64,000 bases of DNA from Candidatus Helarchaeota archaeon (GCA_019058315.1 JAHPZH010000003.1:684451-748450), one strand, 5' to 3'; shown: positions 1 to 11,699, numbered from the stretch's first letter. Numbers and translations: made by a program. Notes: generated by a model not told the origin, from the sequence alone.

Positions 1-151
1 TCGTTATCAAATGGAGGAAAGAGGAGACCCACATTCTGACTTGATGCTTCCAGATGGAACAATAATGGATAATAATAAAGATTTTTGATATCAAAATAAA
101 TATTAATAATGAAAAGATTATTTAACTGATAATTTTTGAAGAGGTTTTAAA

Positions 152-1099
152 ATGATAATCGATGCACATACTCATTTATGGCAGCGGGATATGCTACCTG
201 AGAAATATTGGATAAATGCAGCTTGGATGATGTCTCAATTTATCCCCGGAGATATGTCGATTGATGTTATTCTAAAATCAGATGCTATGCAAAAATATAT
301 GGATGGTTCTGCGGAACGACTTTTGGCTGAAATGGAAGAAGCAAGTATCGATAAGGCAATAGTTTTCGGAACAGATTGGGGTCTAGCATTAGGAGAGCCC
401 AAAATTCCCGTTGATGATTTGAATAAATTTATTGCAGATAATGCTAAAGAATATTCGGATAAGTTTATTCCTTTTTTTACAATAGACCCAAGACGTCCAA
501 ATGCAGCTATATTATTTGAAACAGCTCTTACTAAATGGGAAATGAAAGGATTAAAGTTACACCCTACAACTGGCTACTATCCAGATGGGGAGGAATGTTA
601 TAAATTATTCGAAATTGCTGACAAATATCAAGTCCCTGTTATTACTCATACAGGTTATCTTACTGGATTAAAAGGTCGCACAGCATCCATAGAGTATTTT
701 GATGCACCTACTACTGATTTTCCGAAAATTAAATTCAGTTTTGCACATCTAAGCTTCGGGAAAATTGAAGATCTTATTGGTATTATAACTATGAAGCCAA
801 ATATTTATTGTGATATCTCTGCACATGGACAACTTCTTATAACGAATTCTCCCAGTGACTTCTATCGACAATTAAGGTTTATTATGAATCATCAGTTAGT
901 GTCAAACAAAGTAATGTTTGGGTCTGATTGGCCTGCTACAAGCTCACTTATGACTCTTTCTAAATGGGTTGGAACAATAAAAGATCTGGATAATCCAAAA
1001 ATTAGTGAAGTTCTCGATAAATTTGGATATAAAAAATTTAGAAATAAGGATATAAAACAGGTTTTGGGATTAAATGCGACTAAATTTTTAGGTTCATAA
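152..1099 (+). CDS. Amidohydrolase_2 family metal-dependent hydrolase
   Basis: N-terminal IIDAHTH, GLKLHP, HTG and C-terminal FGSDWP motifs. Confidence 0.9.
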   Translation: MIIDAHTHLWQRDMLPEKYWINAAWMMSQFIPGDMSIDVILKSDAMQKYMDGSAERLLAEMEEASIDKAIVFGTDWGLALGEPKIPVDDLNKFIADNAKEYSDKFIPFFTIDPRRPNAAILFETALTKWEMKGLKLHPTTGYYPDGEECYKLFEIADKYQVPVITHTGYLTGLKGRTASIEYFDAPTTDFPKIKFSFAHLSFGKIEDLIGIITMKPNIYCDISAHGQLLITNSPSDFYRQLRFIMNHQLVSNKVMFGSDWPATSSLMTLSKWVGTIKDLDNPKISEVLDKFGYKKFRNKDIKQVLGLNATKFLGS

Positions 1100-1177
1100 T
1101 GTTTAATTATTGATTAATTAAAATTTTTTTAGTATTATTGATATATTATTTAACAAAAAATATAAGCTGGTATTTTT

Positions 1178-2638
1178 TTGAAGTATAAGAATAAAATAGC
1201 TGGTTTGCTTATTGTGTTAATTTTTTGTTTATCATATAACATCGATTATATTTCTTATAAAATGGGTCCTGATTCTTATAGCATGGATCCCGATAATATA
1301 TCTCCAGATTTAATTTGGACTATGCTAGGGGAAAAAGTTCAAAGAGTCATTTTGATTAGTATCGACTCATGCAATCCAGATTATATTCGTCCAGACCTTA
1401 TGCCCCACTTATGGGAATTTATGTTTTATACGGGTTGTATGTTCATTAATGCAGAAACCATACTATCATCTGACACTGTTTCAGGTCATACGTCTATGCT
1501 TACTGGAGCATACCCTAATACCACCAAAATTTTTGGAAATCAATACACAAATGTAAGTCTATGGTTTCATCCATTTCCTGGATTTATGGCACCAAATAGA
1601 TTTTTTGATTATAACATAAGACAAGCTAATACAATTATTGAAGCAATAGAGCCGAATTTAACAATTGGAACACATTTCATTTCAAGTAAATGGTTACATT
1701 GGATGCTTGGTTGGGAATCGGATAGCTGGGTTGGACCAGAGTTTAAAATTGAATTTTCGCAAGGAGCTCCACGTTTTCTTCCAGCTAGTTCATATAGTTG
1801 GGCGAATCCTGATTATCAAAGTCAAGTTGGTAATGGTTATGGTGAGATGTTACCTATGGATCACTGGATCATTAATGCTTTAATAGAAAACTTAAGGAAT
1901 GAAAAATTTCCACAAAATTTCTACTTTGTAAATATAGGTTATACAGATGAAATGGGTCATGTTTATGGAGCCCGAAATGCTATGGCAGAACGGCAGATGA
2001 GAGAAGTGGATAATTTACTACATCGCTTATTTGTAGAAATTATTTCATCAGGTAAACTTTTCAATACATTATTTGTAATAACATCAGATCATGGAATGGA
2101 AACCATTCATGAAGAAGGAGTTAACTTAGAAGCACTTCTTAATGAAGCGGGAATTCCATGTTATATTCACAATGAAGGAGGAAGTGCATACATTGGTCTT
2201 CCCTTTATAGACAAAAATACAACTGGATATAAGAAAATGAAAGAATATACGCTTAATTATTTGGAATTAATAAATTCTAGATACTGGTTATTTGATGATA
2301 TAGTACCATCAGAAAATTATTCAAAATATAATATCCCTGAGGATGGTTGCGCAGGTGATATATTCTTATCTTTCCGAAAAGGAGCACGAATTCGAACCAA
2401 AAATGCTCCTGCTCATGCAAATGGAGAACATGGATCTATCAATGAACGGAAAATTGTGATGATGTGGCTGGGACCACACATTAAACGACGGGGCGTAATC
2501 TTTAATGAAGATCCTGTGTCTATTTGTGATATTGTGCCAACTATAGGGAGTTTAATGGGTTGGGACTTGTCAAAAATTGAAAATACTATTAATGGTCAAG
2601 ATTTAACCACAATATATAACTTGGGGGAGTCTGTTTAA
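1178..2638 (+). CDS. Alkaline phosphatase superfamily / nucleotide pyrophosphatase-phosphodiesterase, membrane-anchored
   Basis: LISIDS, T-x-SGHTSMLTG, DEMGH, TSDHG, GEHG motifs; N-terminal hydrophobic helix. Confidence 0.85.
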   Translation: MKYKNKIAGLLIVLIFCLSYNIDYISYKMGPDSYSMDPDNISPDLIWTMLGEKVQRVILISIDSCNPDYIRPDLMPHLWEFMFYTGCMFINAETILSSDTVSGHTSMLTGAYPNTTKIFGNQYTNVSLWFHPFPGFMAPNRFFDYNIRQANTIIEAIEPNLTIGTHFISSKWLHWMLGWESDSWVGPEFKIEFSQGAPRFLPASSYSWANPDYQSQVGNGYGEMLPMDHWIINALIENLRNEKFPQNFYFVNIGYTDEMGHVYGARNAMAERQMREVDNLLHRLFVEIISSGKLFNTLFVITSDHGMETIHEEGVNLEALLNEAGIPCYIHNEGGSAYIGLPFIDKNTTGYKKMKEYTLNYLELINSRYWLFDDIVPSENYSKYNIPEDGCAGDIFLSFRKGARIRTKNAPAHANGEHGSINERKIVMMWLGPHIKRRGVIFNEDPVSICDIVPTIGSLMGWDLSKIENTINGQDLTTIYNLGESV

Positions 2639-2639
2639 T

Positions 2640-3332
2640 ATGAATTTAGAATCAGTCAAGATTTTTTTTAGAAATTACGTCAGAATGATATATTCACCAA
2701 CAAAGGCAATAGATGAGATTCTAGAACGAGAAACCAATTTATTAGATTCAGTTTTATTGGTCTTAATTTCTAGTGTCCTAACAATTACTGGTGTTTTTAT
2801 ATTTCAAGGTCCATCAGGTCCAATTTATAATATTTTTCAATATTATAGCTCCACATTCCTTCTAGAATTATTAACATCATCATCAATATTTGGATATGAC
2901 CTTTTTACAACCCATTATCATTTGATATTTCTAAAAAATGTACTTTTTCTTATTAAAGCTTGGATTTACTTTAGTATTTTCGCTTATATATGGTTAAGAA
3001 TCTTGAAAGTTAAAGCTAGTTTCTTAAAGACTTTTGAAATAACTGCATGGTCTTTATTTCCTCTTCTTTCAATTACAATTATAATTTCATTTATTTGTAT
3101 AATATTGAATTTAATTCCTGGTATGGCTCTATACGCTTATTTACCATACTATATAGTATTAATGATACTTATAATAGTTGTAATTCCCCCCATCTTTAGT
3201 AATTTTATTATGAAAGCGTTTGATGTATCTGATGTAAAAGTTCTACTTCCATATTACCTGACATTGTATATCTTGTTTATAATCTTTACATATAACCATA
3301 TGGAAATTCTCGCAAGGTTTAGGTTCCTCTAA
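2640..3332 (+). CDS. Yip1-family membrane protein
   Basis: N-terminal 'MIYSPTKAIDEI' Yip1-like signature followed by ~5 TM helices. Confidence 0.6.
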   Translation: MNLESVKIFFRNYVRMIYSPTKAIDEILERETNLLDSVLLVLISSVLTITGVFIFQGPSGPIYNIFQYYSSTFLLELLTSSSIFGYDLFTTHYHLIFLKNVLFLIKAWIYFSIFAYIWLRILKVKASFLKTFEITAWSLFPLLSITIIISFICIILNLIPGMALYAYLPYYIVLMILIIVVIPPIFSNFIMKAFDVSDVKVLLPYYLTLYILFIIFTYNHMEILARFRFL

Positions 3333-3362
3333 TATTATTAATGACTTAAATAAGATGATAAT

Positions 3363-3944
3363 ATGAATTGGAAAGAGTTTATTATTAATTTCTTAAAAAA
3401 ACCATCAGAAACCATAGAATTTGTAGATGAAAACTATTCAATGAAGAAAATGATTATTCTAGGTTTGCTAGGCGGATTATTTTTATTACCAAATTTCATA
3501 ATTTTTCAATTTCGTGGAGAATATTGGATATATATTGCATTTTTACTGGGGTTAGTTGGACTTTTAGCTGCTGTTTATGTAAATTATCAAGTTGTTTTTT
3601 ATTTACTTTCAAAACTAATGTACAGAGATTCTGATTATCCATTCGATAAAATAAGAAAGTCAAATATCTGGTATGCTGCAACAGCATTTTTACTATGTAT
3701 GTTATTTGTTTTGCCTCTTCAATTGACATTTCTATATATTAAAGAATATGGTGTAGGTTTGTTTTTTTATTGGCTCGTGGTTATAATTTGGCATATATGG
3801 GCAATGGCTTTGGAATATCAGACAATTCAATTTTATGTTAAAGAAAATAATCTCAAAAACATGTATTTGACAATTATTACTCAAATTTGTGGTTTCTGTA
3901 TTTATCAAATTTTGATTTATATAGGAATTCTTTCGATGTATTAA
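3363..3944 (+). CDS. Yip1-family membrane protein
   Basis: 'FLKKPSETIEFV' signature plus ~5 TM helices; tandem with previous gene. Confidence 0.6.
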   Translation: MNWKEFIINFLKKPSETIEFVDENYSMKKMIILGLLGGLFLLPNFIIFQFRGEYWIYIAFLLGLVGLLAAVYVNYQVVFYLLSKLMYRDSDYPFDKIRKSNIWYAATAFLLCMLFVLPLQLTFLYIKEYGVGLFFYWLVVIIWHIWAMALEYQTIQFYVKENNLKNMYLTIITQICGFCIYQILIYIGILSMY

Positions 3945-4044
3945 ATTTAAAGGAATTATTAATATACTCTTTATTGACATTTTTCAACATAATTAGCTAA
4001 AAAAAAATAGATAATAAAGAAAAAAGTTTTGTTTGAGGTTCTGA

Positions 4045-5865
4045 ATGATGCTTTTTGGGTATAAAGGAAAACTTTTGCATCTTGATCTTAGCAAAAAAAC
4101 ATCTAAAAGCATAACCATTCCTGAAGTTATTTTAAAGAAGTATATAGGTGGACGTGGTCTAGGAGCAAAACTCTATTGGGATCTTATATCACCCGAGGCA
4201 ACTCCGCTTGGTCAAGAAAATATTTTTATGGTCTTAACTGGTCCTCTAGGAGGTACAATGGTGATTGGTTCAGGGAAACATGTTATAATTACAAAATCAC
4301 CTACTACTGGAGGTTGGTTAGAAACTTATTCTAGTGGTAGAATGACCCCAGAGATGAAATTTGCAGGATATGACGGATTAATTTTTACCGGTAAATTAAA
4401 GGATCTAAGTGGTGTTTTCATTAAAGATAATAAAGTGGAATTTTCTGATGCTGATTTTCTTAAGGGTAAAGGTTCATTTGAAACCGAGACTTATATTCGG
4501 GAAAATTTTCATCCAGACTGTGGTACTCTTTCTATTGGACCAGCTGGTGAAAATCTTCTTCCTATTGCGTGTATTGGAAGTGATTATTTTCGCAAAGCAG
4601 GTCGTGGAGGTTCAGGTGCAGTAATGGGCTCTAAGAATCTTAAATTTATTGCTATTAAGGGTAGCGGAGGAATTAATTGTGTAAATATGCAGGAACTTCA
4701 TAAATTAGTCCTCAAGCATCAAAAAAGAGTCAAGTTTAGAACCAGCACTCCTATGACTATGACTTTCACTAATTCCGCAGGAATGCTTCCCACGCGAAAT
4801 TTTTCCAAGGGTCAATTTAAAAGGGCAATTGGTAGAATAGATATTGAGGCCGTTAATAAGGTAAAAATAGCTAGAAGGGCATGTTACGCTTGCTTCGCAG
4901 CATGTGCAAGTATAACAAAAATTAGAGAGGGAGAGTTTAAGGGCATTACATTAGAAGGTCCTGAATATGAAACTCTCGCAATGCAAGGTGCTAATTTGGA
5001 AATTGACTACTTGCCAGCAATTTTGAAGGCAAACTATCTATGTGATGATCTTGGAATGGATACGATATCCTCAGGTGTAATAATAGGCTTCGCAATGGAA
5101 TGTTATGAGCGAGGAATTTTAACAAAAGAAGATACCGAAGGGTTGGATCTTAAATTTGGAAATTATAAAGCTGCACTTGAGTTACTGGAACTCATGGCTC
5201 ATAAAAAAGGTTTTGGAGCGTTTTGTGCCCAAGGAGTAAAAAAGATGGCAAAATCTCTAGGACATAATTCCGAGCATTTCGCAATGCATTCTAAAGGCTT
5301 GGAATTGCCTGCTTATGATCCACGTGCAGGGTGGAGCACAACTATAACATATTCAGTTACACCAAGAGGTGGATGTCATCGGAGAGCTTGGCCTCCATTA
5401 AAAGAAGTCCTCGGAGGTGTAAATCCTTTTACTATTAAAGGAAAAGCAGAGATGGTGATAGAGCTTATGAACGAAAGGTGTGTGATTCATTCCCTTTTAG
5501 TATGCGACATGTCTAATGCGGCTGTTCGGTTGAAAATTTCTGATTGGGCTAAGTATTTGAATATTGTGACTGGTTCAAATTATTCAAAAGAAGACCTAAA
5601 TTACCATGCAGAGATTATTGAAACCCTAATTAGACGAATTAATATTCGTGAAGGTTTTAGCTCCAAAGATGATTATCTGCCTAAACGCATTTTGGAAGAA
5701 AGTCATCCCGATGGTCCAACGAAGGGTAAAATTATTGGAACCGATAATTTCTTGAAAATGCGAACAGATTATTATTTGTGTCGAGGTTGGGACAGTGAAG
5801 GTGTTCCAACCGAAGAGACTATTGCTAAATATGAATTTGATTCAGAACCAACCATCAAAATTTAA
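4045..5865 (+). CDS. aor: Tungsten-containing aldehyde:ferredoxin oxidoreductase family protein
   Basis: YIGGRGLG, KSPTTG, AGRGGSGAVMGSKNLK, CxxCxxxC, GPEYET, DDLGMDTIS, PAYDPR. Confidence 0.93.
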   Translation: MMLFGYKGKLLHLDLSKKTSKSITIPEVILKKYIGGRGLGAKLYWDLISPEATPLGQENIFMVLTGPLGGTMVIGSGKHVIITKSPTTGGWLETYSSGRMTPEMKFAGYDGLIFTGKLKDLSGVFIKDNKVEFSDADFLKGKGSFETETYIRENFHPDCGTLSIGPAGENLLPIACIGSDYFRKAGRGGSGAVMGSKNLKFIAIKGSGGINCVNMQELHKLVLKHQKRVKFRTSTPMTMTFTNSAGMLPTRNFSKGQFKRAIGRIDIEAVNKVKIARRACYACFAACASITKIREGEFKGITLEGPEYETLAMQGANLEIDYLPAILKANYLCDDLGMDTISSGVIIGFAMECYERGILTKEDTEGLDLKFGNYKAALELLELMAHKKGFGAFCAQGVKKMAKSLGHNSEHFAMHSKGLELPAYDPRAGWSTTITYSVTPRGGCHRRAWPPLKEVLGGVNPFTIKGKAEMVIELMNERCVIHSLLVCDMSNAAVRLKISDWAKYLNIVTGSNYSKEDLNYHAEIIETLIRRINIREGFSSKDDYLPKRILEESHPDGPTKGKIIGTDNFLKMRTDYYLCRGWDSEGVPTEETIAKYEFDSEPTIKI

Positions 5866-5882
5866 TATAAAAGGGATTAAAT

Positions 5883-6455
5883 ATGGTTAAAAGAGTTTTA
5901 GTCATTCATGCAGAAAATTGTACAGGATGTCGAATGTGTGAACTAGCATGTTCAAGTGTTAAAGAAGGAGAGTTTATCCCGGAGCATTCACGTATTAGAA
6001 TCGTAACTAATGAATTAGAAGGATGGTCTAGACCAACTGTTTGTTTGCAATGTGAAAATCCAATGTGTATGGAAAAATGCCCAGTTGGAGCTATTTATAA
6101 GACAAAAACTCCACAAGGTGACTTTTTGGTTTTAGTGGATCAAGAAAAATGTACTGGGTGTAAACAATGCGTTGAAGCTTGTCCATTTGGAGTTATTTAT
6201 TTTTTTGATAAGTTAGGTGTTATCAAATGTGACTTATGTGGAGGTAATCCAACTTGTGTAGGGTTTTGTTCATATAAGTGTTTAGATTTCGTTGAGCTGT
6301 CAGATGAGGAATACCAAAATAGAATTAGGAAATTAAACGAGATAACTGTAAAAGCTTCCGAAAAGATCGATAAACTCAATTCGTATAAGCGTAAAATGCT
6401 CTATTCTCTAGATACATCAAAAATTTCTGTCAATTCAGTGAAAAACAAGAAATAG
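5883..6455 (+). CDS. 4Fe-4S polyferredoxin (DmsB/HydN-like), AOR partner subunit
   Basis: Four Cys clusters CTGCRMC, CLQCENPMC, CTGCKQC, CDLC; directly follows aor. Confidence 0.9.
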   Translation: MVKRVLVIHAENCTGCRMCELACSSVKEGEFIPEHSRIRIVTNELEGWSRPTVCLQCENPMCMEKCPVGAIYKTKTPQGDFLVLVDQEKCTGCKQCVEACPFGVIYFFDKLGVIKCDLCGGNPTCVGFCSYKCLDFVELSDEEYQNRIRKLNEITVKASEKIDKLNSYKRKMLYSLDTSKISVNSVKNKK

Positions 6456-6621
6456 AAATTATAACTAGAATAATAAAGAAATTATATCGTTTTTCTTTCA
6501 ATATAACAGATTTAAAAACAGTGCTTGCAAAAAAATTAGTGCATAAATCAAAATATTTTAAAAAAATCCTATTAGAATAAAAAAATCGAAAAATTTTATA
6601 TCAATCCTAAAGTGAAATAAA

Positions 6622-6963
6622 ATGTCTTTTGACGAAAAAGAAGTTGAAAAAGCAAAAGCTGTAGCAATTGCACATTATAAATTAATAACTGAAGGCAAAC
6701 AAGAAGAATGGCTAAAAACTATGGAACCAAATAAAAAGAGTACTGCAATTCGTTACTATTGGCCAGCAGGCAGAAAATGGATAGAAGCAGGAGGATCCTA
6801 TGAATTCAAATTTTTTGATACGAAATATAGTCAACCAACAAGATTAAAGTTCTTTTTCCATCGCTATGACAAAGATGGAAACCCTTCTGGTTCTGGACAA
6901 GTCCCAGTTATTATGGTAAAAGATAAAGCTGGTAAATGGATAGTAGATGTTGCAAGCTGGTAA
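6622..6963 (+). CDS. Hypothetical protein
   Basis: 113-aa ORF with host-like codon use, followed by a T-tract. Confidence 0.7.
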   Translation: MSFDEKEVEKAKAVAIAHYKLITEGKQEEWLKTMEPNKKSTAIRYYWPAGRKWIEAGGSYEFKFFDTKYSQPTRLKFFFHRYDKDGNPSGSGQVPVIMVKDKAGKWIVDVASW

Positions 6964-7227
6964 CTATCCCTTAATTTTTTTTCTTTTCAAAATTAATATT
7001 AAAAGGACTATCTGAGTAATATCAAACAAAAAATAATTGAAATGATACTAATTCCATTATGGAAGAATAAAAGATTAATTTCAGATTAATCAAATTTTAG
7101 TATTTATGCAGATTTTGTTAATTAGAATAATATTATTAACCGTAAATCACTAAAGAGAAAACCTATTCTTTTATATTGATGAGAAATATAATTTAATTTA
7201 GTATAATTCAATAGGGATAAATAATTA

Positions 7228-10200
7228 ATGTTTAATTTAACTCAAAATGATACTCTAAAACAAATTAATGAATTGCTACAGCAAGCAGCAGAAGAGGAGA
7301 ATAAATACAATTGGAATAAAGAAATTGAAATTTTGAAACGAGTAGACAAGATTAGTTCAGACTATAAATTAAGAGAAATTGAAGGCGACACTAATTATAA
7401 ATTGGGGGAGATATATGGAATTGCAGCTGACTTTGGAAATACTCAAGAAGAAATCGAAAATTTATTTCATTTATCCATAACAAGTTTTCAAAAAGCAGTT
7501 AATATATTTGAAGAATTAAAAATAGAACATAAGACAAATGCAGCATTAGGTCAAGTTAGCCTTCTTAAATCTATCTCTGGAGTTGAAGAAGGAAAAGAAA
7601 AAATTTTATTAGCATCAGTAATAAAACTTTTCAATAAAGCTAAAACTATTAATTTTGAGAGGGGAGATGCAAAAGAAACTTTAAAAATGGCAATTAGTGA
7701 GATTTCGGCTTTAGCATTTCTTTCTGGTAAAAGTGTTCTTCGCATTGATAAAAGAGTAGATCCAATAAAATTTCTTTCAGAATTTGATACTTTAATTAGT
7801 AAAGTCTGGAAAGAACTTAAAACTAAAGCAGATTTTCCTGAGATTTATATCTATCATTTTTTAAAGTCCATAACAGTATTTCTTGATGGGATGATTTGTT
7901 ATTTTCCTGCTAAAGGTTTTAATATTGAGCAATTTTATTTAAAGCAAATAGACGAAATCAAAGAATTTATCGAATTATTTGAAAACTCAAACAAAAACCT
8001 AATTTTTTGTGGAGCTCATATATTTTACTCATATGCGAATTCAGGATATGCAACTTTTTTTACTAATAATCAATTTGAAGTGAAAAAATATTATAATAAA
8101 GGACTTAAAAGGTTAAAGACAGCTGAAATTCTATTACAAAAATTCGAACTTAATAATAATATATTAAAAGTAATTTTCTACTCTAGTAGATTCATGGCTA
8201 CAGTAAATTTGTTAATCTTGGGTTATTCTACAAAAGATTTCAAGACATTTTTGGATGATTATGATTTTGGAATTAATTATGCTTTATTAATTTATCCTAG
8301 ATATATTGCTATATTTACTTTGATTCATCTAAATCTTCTTATATTAATGTTTGCTCATGCTCCTTTTATACCAGATATTGAACGTTTTAATATAGCTAAA
8401 AAATCTCTTGATATAATTAATTTGATAACACAAATATTTCCTATAATAAATGATCCGAGTAATACCTTAATAAATTTACAAAAAAATACTTGTTTAGGTT
8501 CAGCAAATGCAATATTAGGAGATTTGGCTAAAAAAGAGAAGGATAAATCAAGTTATCTTAATGAAGCTTCTAAAATTTTTTACACAACAGCTAAAGTTGA
8601 AATTGAAAAAGGAGAAGGTTCTTTTTTTTATGCCGGTCTTTATTATCATGCTTCTAGGACTGCAATGATATTAGCCAATAATAATTCAATAATATCAAAA
8701 CAAGTCGAATATTATCTGAAAGCAATTGATTTCTTATTAGTAAGCAAAGATTTCTTAATGAAAGATAATTATAGTTCTTTTCTTCTAGTTCAATACTTAA
8801 TCATAATTCCAAGCCTTTATTATAAGGTAGGAAGATTAACAAACGATGAAAAGATATTTAGAAAAGCTTATTCGGCTTATATAGATGCAATTACATATTA
8901 TAAAAACAGAGGGTATTCTAATTTAGTTGGCTCGGCTTATGTAAGAATTGCAGAAATTGAAGATCGACTTGGAAACTTCCTTTCTGCAGCAGATGATTAT
9001 CAAAAGGCTGTTGATTCTTACGAAAAAGCAATTCTAACACTCACCTATACCAGATTGGGTAAAAAAATTGAGACTTTAAAGAATTATTTAAAGGCATGGA
9101 ATTTAATTGAGATCGCGAAATCATTCCACGCAAATGAAGAACATGATCAAGCAGAATTGCACTATGAACAAGCCAGTAAATTGTTGAATTCTCTTCGTGA
9201 TTTTAGATATGAAGCCCCATTTTATATTGCTTGGGCCGCATTAGAGACTGCAGAAAATTTAAGTAAAAAAAATAAACATCAAGAATCTACTTTAATGTAT
9301 TTAGATTCTAAAAATAAGTTTGAAAATGCAATAGAAACTTTTAATTCTTTTTTTCATAAGAGGTCATTTTCACAAAGAGATAAAAATAGAATTTCAAAAT
9401 TGATAAAGGTCGCAGTCGTTAGGGAGCGATATTGTGATGCACGGTTCCAAATTGAAACCGCAAGGTTAGAAAGCAAAAAAGGAAATCACTTAATAGCTGC
9501 AGAATTATATAACAAAAGCAGTTCACTTTTTGAAAATTTATGTCACACTTATAGAATTGAGCGAGAAAAAGATGAATTAACTGCTGTATATTATTTATGT
9601 AAAGCTTGGGAACATATGGAACGGGCAGATGAAAAACAAAACGCATCCCTTTATGGGTTAGCTGCAGACCTATTTAAAAAAGCTGGGGATATATTTCCAG
9701 AGAGTAGGATGCAAAAACTATCCTTGGGAAATTCACTTTATTGTTCTGCTCTTCGATGTGGAAGTTTATTTGATAGAACTGCCGATTTAGATGACAAGAT
9801 TAAATTTTATAAAAAAATTAAAATGAATTTAAGAGAATCTTCAAAGAATTATCAATTAGGAGGTTTCGAGCAAGATGCTCAGTGGGCTTTAGCAACATCT
9901 ACCTTTTTTGATGGCATGTGGAATTTAATTCAAGCTGATAATGAAATTGATGGCTCTAAAAAAAGTCAATTTTTAAAAATAGCAACAAATTATCTCGAAT
10001 CGGCATCAAATATGTTTCAACATGCAGGATATACCCAAAAAAAAGATCTAATTTCAAATTATTTAAATATGATTAAAAATGAACAAGAAATTCTTACTTC
10101 TGCATTAAATGTTATTGAAAAGCCGGCAATTTCTGCAAGCAGCGTCGGAATTGTAGCTCCATCCTGTCCTATTGAAATTAGTTCCCAAATTAGCCTCGGG

Positions 10201-10641
10201 GAAATGCAGCAATACGATTTACAAACTGAATCTGAGATGAATTGGCGTAAAAGAATCCATCATATCTATTTCTATACTTCTGACGGTGGGTGTATTTATG
10301 ATCATGCCTTTAAAGTAGAAGAAGAAGTATCAGCTAATTTAGTTGCTGGGGGCTTAACAGGAGTTGATGCTTTAGTTCAGGAGGTTACTCGAACCGAAAC
10401 TAAAATAAAAATAATTGAAAAAGAAGACATGACTATTCTTCTAGAACACGGTAAGTACGTAAGTGCCGCCTTGGTTACAGACGAAAGCTTGATAACTTTA
10501 CGAAATAAATTAAAACAATCTATTCAAGAGATAGAAAATTTTTTCAAAGAAGAATTAGAGTGTTTTTCTGGAAATATAACTCCTTTCAATAAAATTGAAA
10601 AATTTGTTCATAAAATCTTTGAGCTTAAATCTAATTTGTAG
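7228..10641 (+). CDS. Large TPR/SNAP-like alpha-solenoid protein with C-terminal longin/roadblock-like domain
   Basis: Helical repeats (A..Y..A..Y); C-terminal 'IYFYTSDGGCIYDHAF...NLVAGGLTGVDALVQEV...ILLEHGKYVSAALV...F.GNI..F' typical of Asgard longin-like domains. Confidence 0.75.
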   Translation: MFNLTQNDTLKQINELLQQAAEEENKYNWNKEIEILKRVDKISSDYKLREIEGDTNYKLGEIYGIAADFGNTQEEIENLFHLSITSFQKAVNIFEELKIEHKTNAALGQVSLLKSISGVEEGKEKILLASVIKLFNKAKTINFERGDAKETLKMAISEISALAFLSGKSVLRIDKRVDPIKFLSEFDTLISKVWKELKTKADFPEIYIYHFLKSITVFLDGMICYFPAKGFNIEQFYLKQIDEIKEFIELFENSNKNLIFCGAHIFYSYANSGYATFFTNNQFEVKKYYNKGLKRLKTAEILLQKFELNNNILKVIFYSSRFMATVNLLILGYSTKDFKTFLDDYDFGINYALLIYPRYIAIFTLIHLNLLILMFAHAPFIPDIERFNIAKKSLDIINLITQIFPIINDPSNTLINLQKNTCLGSANAILGDLAKKEKDKSSYLNEASKIFYTTAKVEIEKGEGSFFYAGLYYHASRTAMILANNNSIISKQVEYYLKAIDFLLVSKDFLMKDNYSSFLLVQYLIIIPSLYYKVGRLTNDEKIFRKAYSAYIDAITYYKNRGYSNLVGSAYVRIAEIEDRLGNFLSAADDYQKAVDSYEKAILTLTYTRLGKKIETLKNYLKAWNLIEIAKSFHANEEHDQAELHYEQASKLLNSLRDFRYEAPFYIAWAALETAENLSKKNKHQESTLMYLDSKNKFENAIETFNSFFHKRSFSQRDKNRISKLIKVAVVRERYCDARFQIETARLESKKGNHLIAAELYNKSSSLFENLCHTYRIEREKDELTAVYYLCKAWEHMERADEKQNASLYGLAADLFKKAGDIFPESRMQKLSLGNSLYCSALRCGSLFDRTADLDDKIKFYKKIKMNLRESSKNYQLGGFEQDAQWALATSTFFDGMWNLIQADNEIDGSKKSQFLKIATNYLESASNMFQHAGYTQKKDLISNYLNMIKNEQEILTSALNVIEKPAISASSVGIVAPSCPIEISSQISLGEMQQYDLQTESEMNWRKRIHHIYFYTSDGGCIYDHAFKVEEEVSANLVAGGLTGVDALVQEVTRTETKIKIIEKEDMTILLEHGKYVSAALVTDESLITLRNKLKQSIQEIENFFKEELECFSGNITPFNKIEKFVHKIFELKSNL

Positions 10642-10707
10642 ATAAAAAATGAAAAAGTGATCCTATTTTTAAATTTTATTTCTTAAAATCATTAATGAGG
10701 ATACTTA

Positions 10708-11652
10708 ATGAGTTCTGAACTAAATGAAATCCAGAATAAATTCAAAAATGCATTTGAAGAAGATTTCATTATTCTAGATGGGGTAGTAAAACCTGACAGA
10801 TATGATAAAAATTATTGGCTAGTTAGGATAAAACCTAAGAAAAGTGGTCTTTTCATCATTAATCATTTCTTCGAAGATGAAACTGTATCAAAGGATGGTT
10901 ATTGCCATAAATCTCACGAATTTCATATTAGTGTGAAAGAAAAAGGGACACGTCGTACGAATCGATATAATGCAGCGGGACAAAGAAAACAGACTTGTCC
11001 GGATATTTGGCTTGGTGACACATTAATAATCCCGATTTTTATCATGGACTACGCTAAAGACCATAGATTTAGCAAAAAAACAAAATGGGCTGAAAATATG
11101 GATTGGTTAAAAAATTTTCATTTTGATAAAGATAGAATGAAATATGATATAGAATTGGATAAAAAGGATATAATTGATAGGGAAATAATGAATAAGAACC
11201 TCCCAGAATTAGAAGGGATAACTGTTAGGCAATATGACGAAATTCCCAGAAGAGGGATAGATATAAATTTTGATTTATTATTTGAAGCTAGAGCACCTTC
11301 GAATTTTAATTTGAAATTAAGTGGAAGTGGTTTTGCGGATGTTATTATTCCAATAAGAATTGTTCCTATAGATCAACCAATTGAATCATTAGCAAGTTAT
11401 GCAATGTTTAATGAGGCAAATGATGAATATAATTCTGCTCATAATTTATGGTTTCACTTAAATATCGCTACTCTCCGTCCAGGCGACAGATTATTGCTTA
11501 ATTTCTTTAAAAAAAGGTTTTTAAACATAAAAGATAGTGAGGGGGTTAAAGATAAAATTAAAGATATAACAATTAGTAAACTACCATTTTCAGCAGAACA
11601 CCATTCTACTCTTATATACAATCCATACGATTACTGGCTAGATAATAAATAA
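10708..11652 (+). CDS. Hypothetical protein
   Basis: 314-aa ORF with upstream GAGG; no motif recognised. Confidence 0.65.
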   Translation: MSSELNEIQNKFKNAFEEDFIILDGVVKPDRYDKNYWLVRIKPKKSGLFIINHFFEDETVSKDGYCHKSHEFHISVKEKGTRRTNRYNAAGQRKQTCPDIWLGDTLIIPIFIMDYAKDHRFSKKTKWAENMDWLKNFHFDKDRMKYDIELDKKDIIDREIMNKNLPELEGITVRQYDEIPRRGIDINFDLLFEARAPSNFNLKLSGSGFADVIIPIRIVPIDQPIESLASYAMFNEANDEYNSAHNLWFHLNIATLRPGDRLLLNFFKKRFLNIKDSEGVKDKIKDITISKLPFSAEHHSTLIYNPYDYWLDNK

Positions 11653-11699
11653 CTTGGAATGAGTTATAAATTTTGTAATTACCGCACCTTTAAGAACAA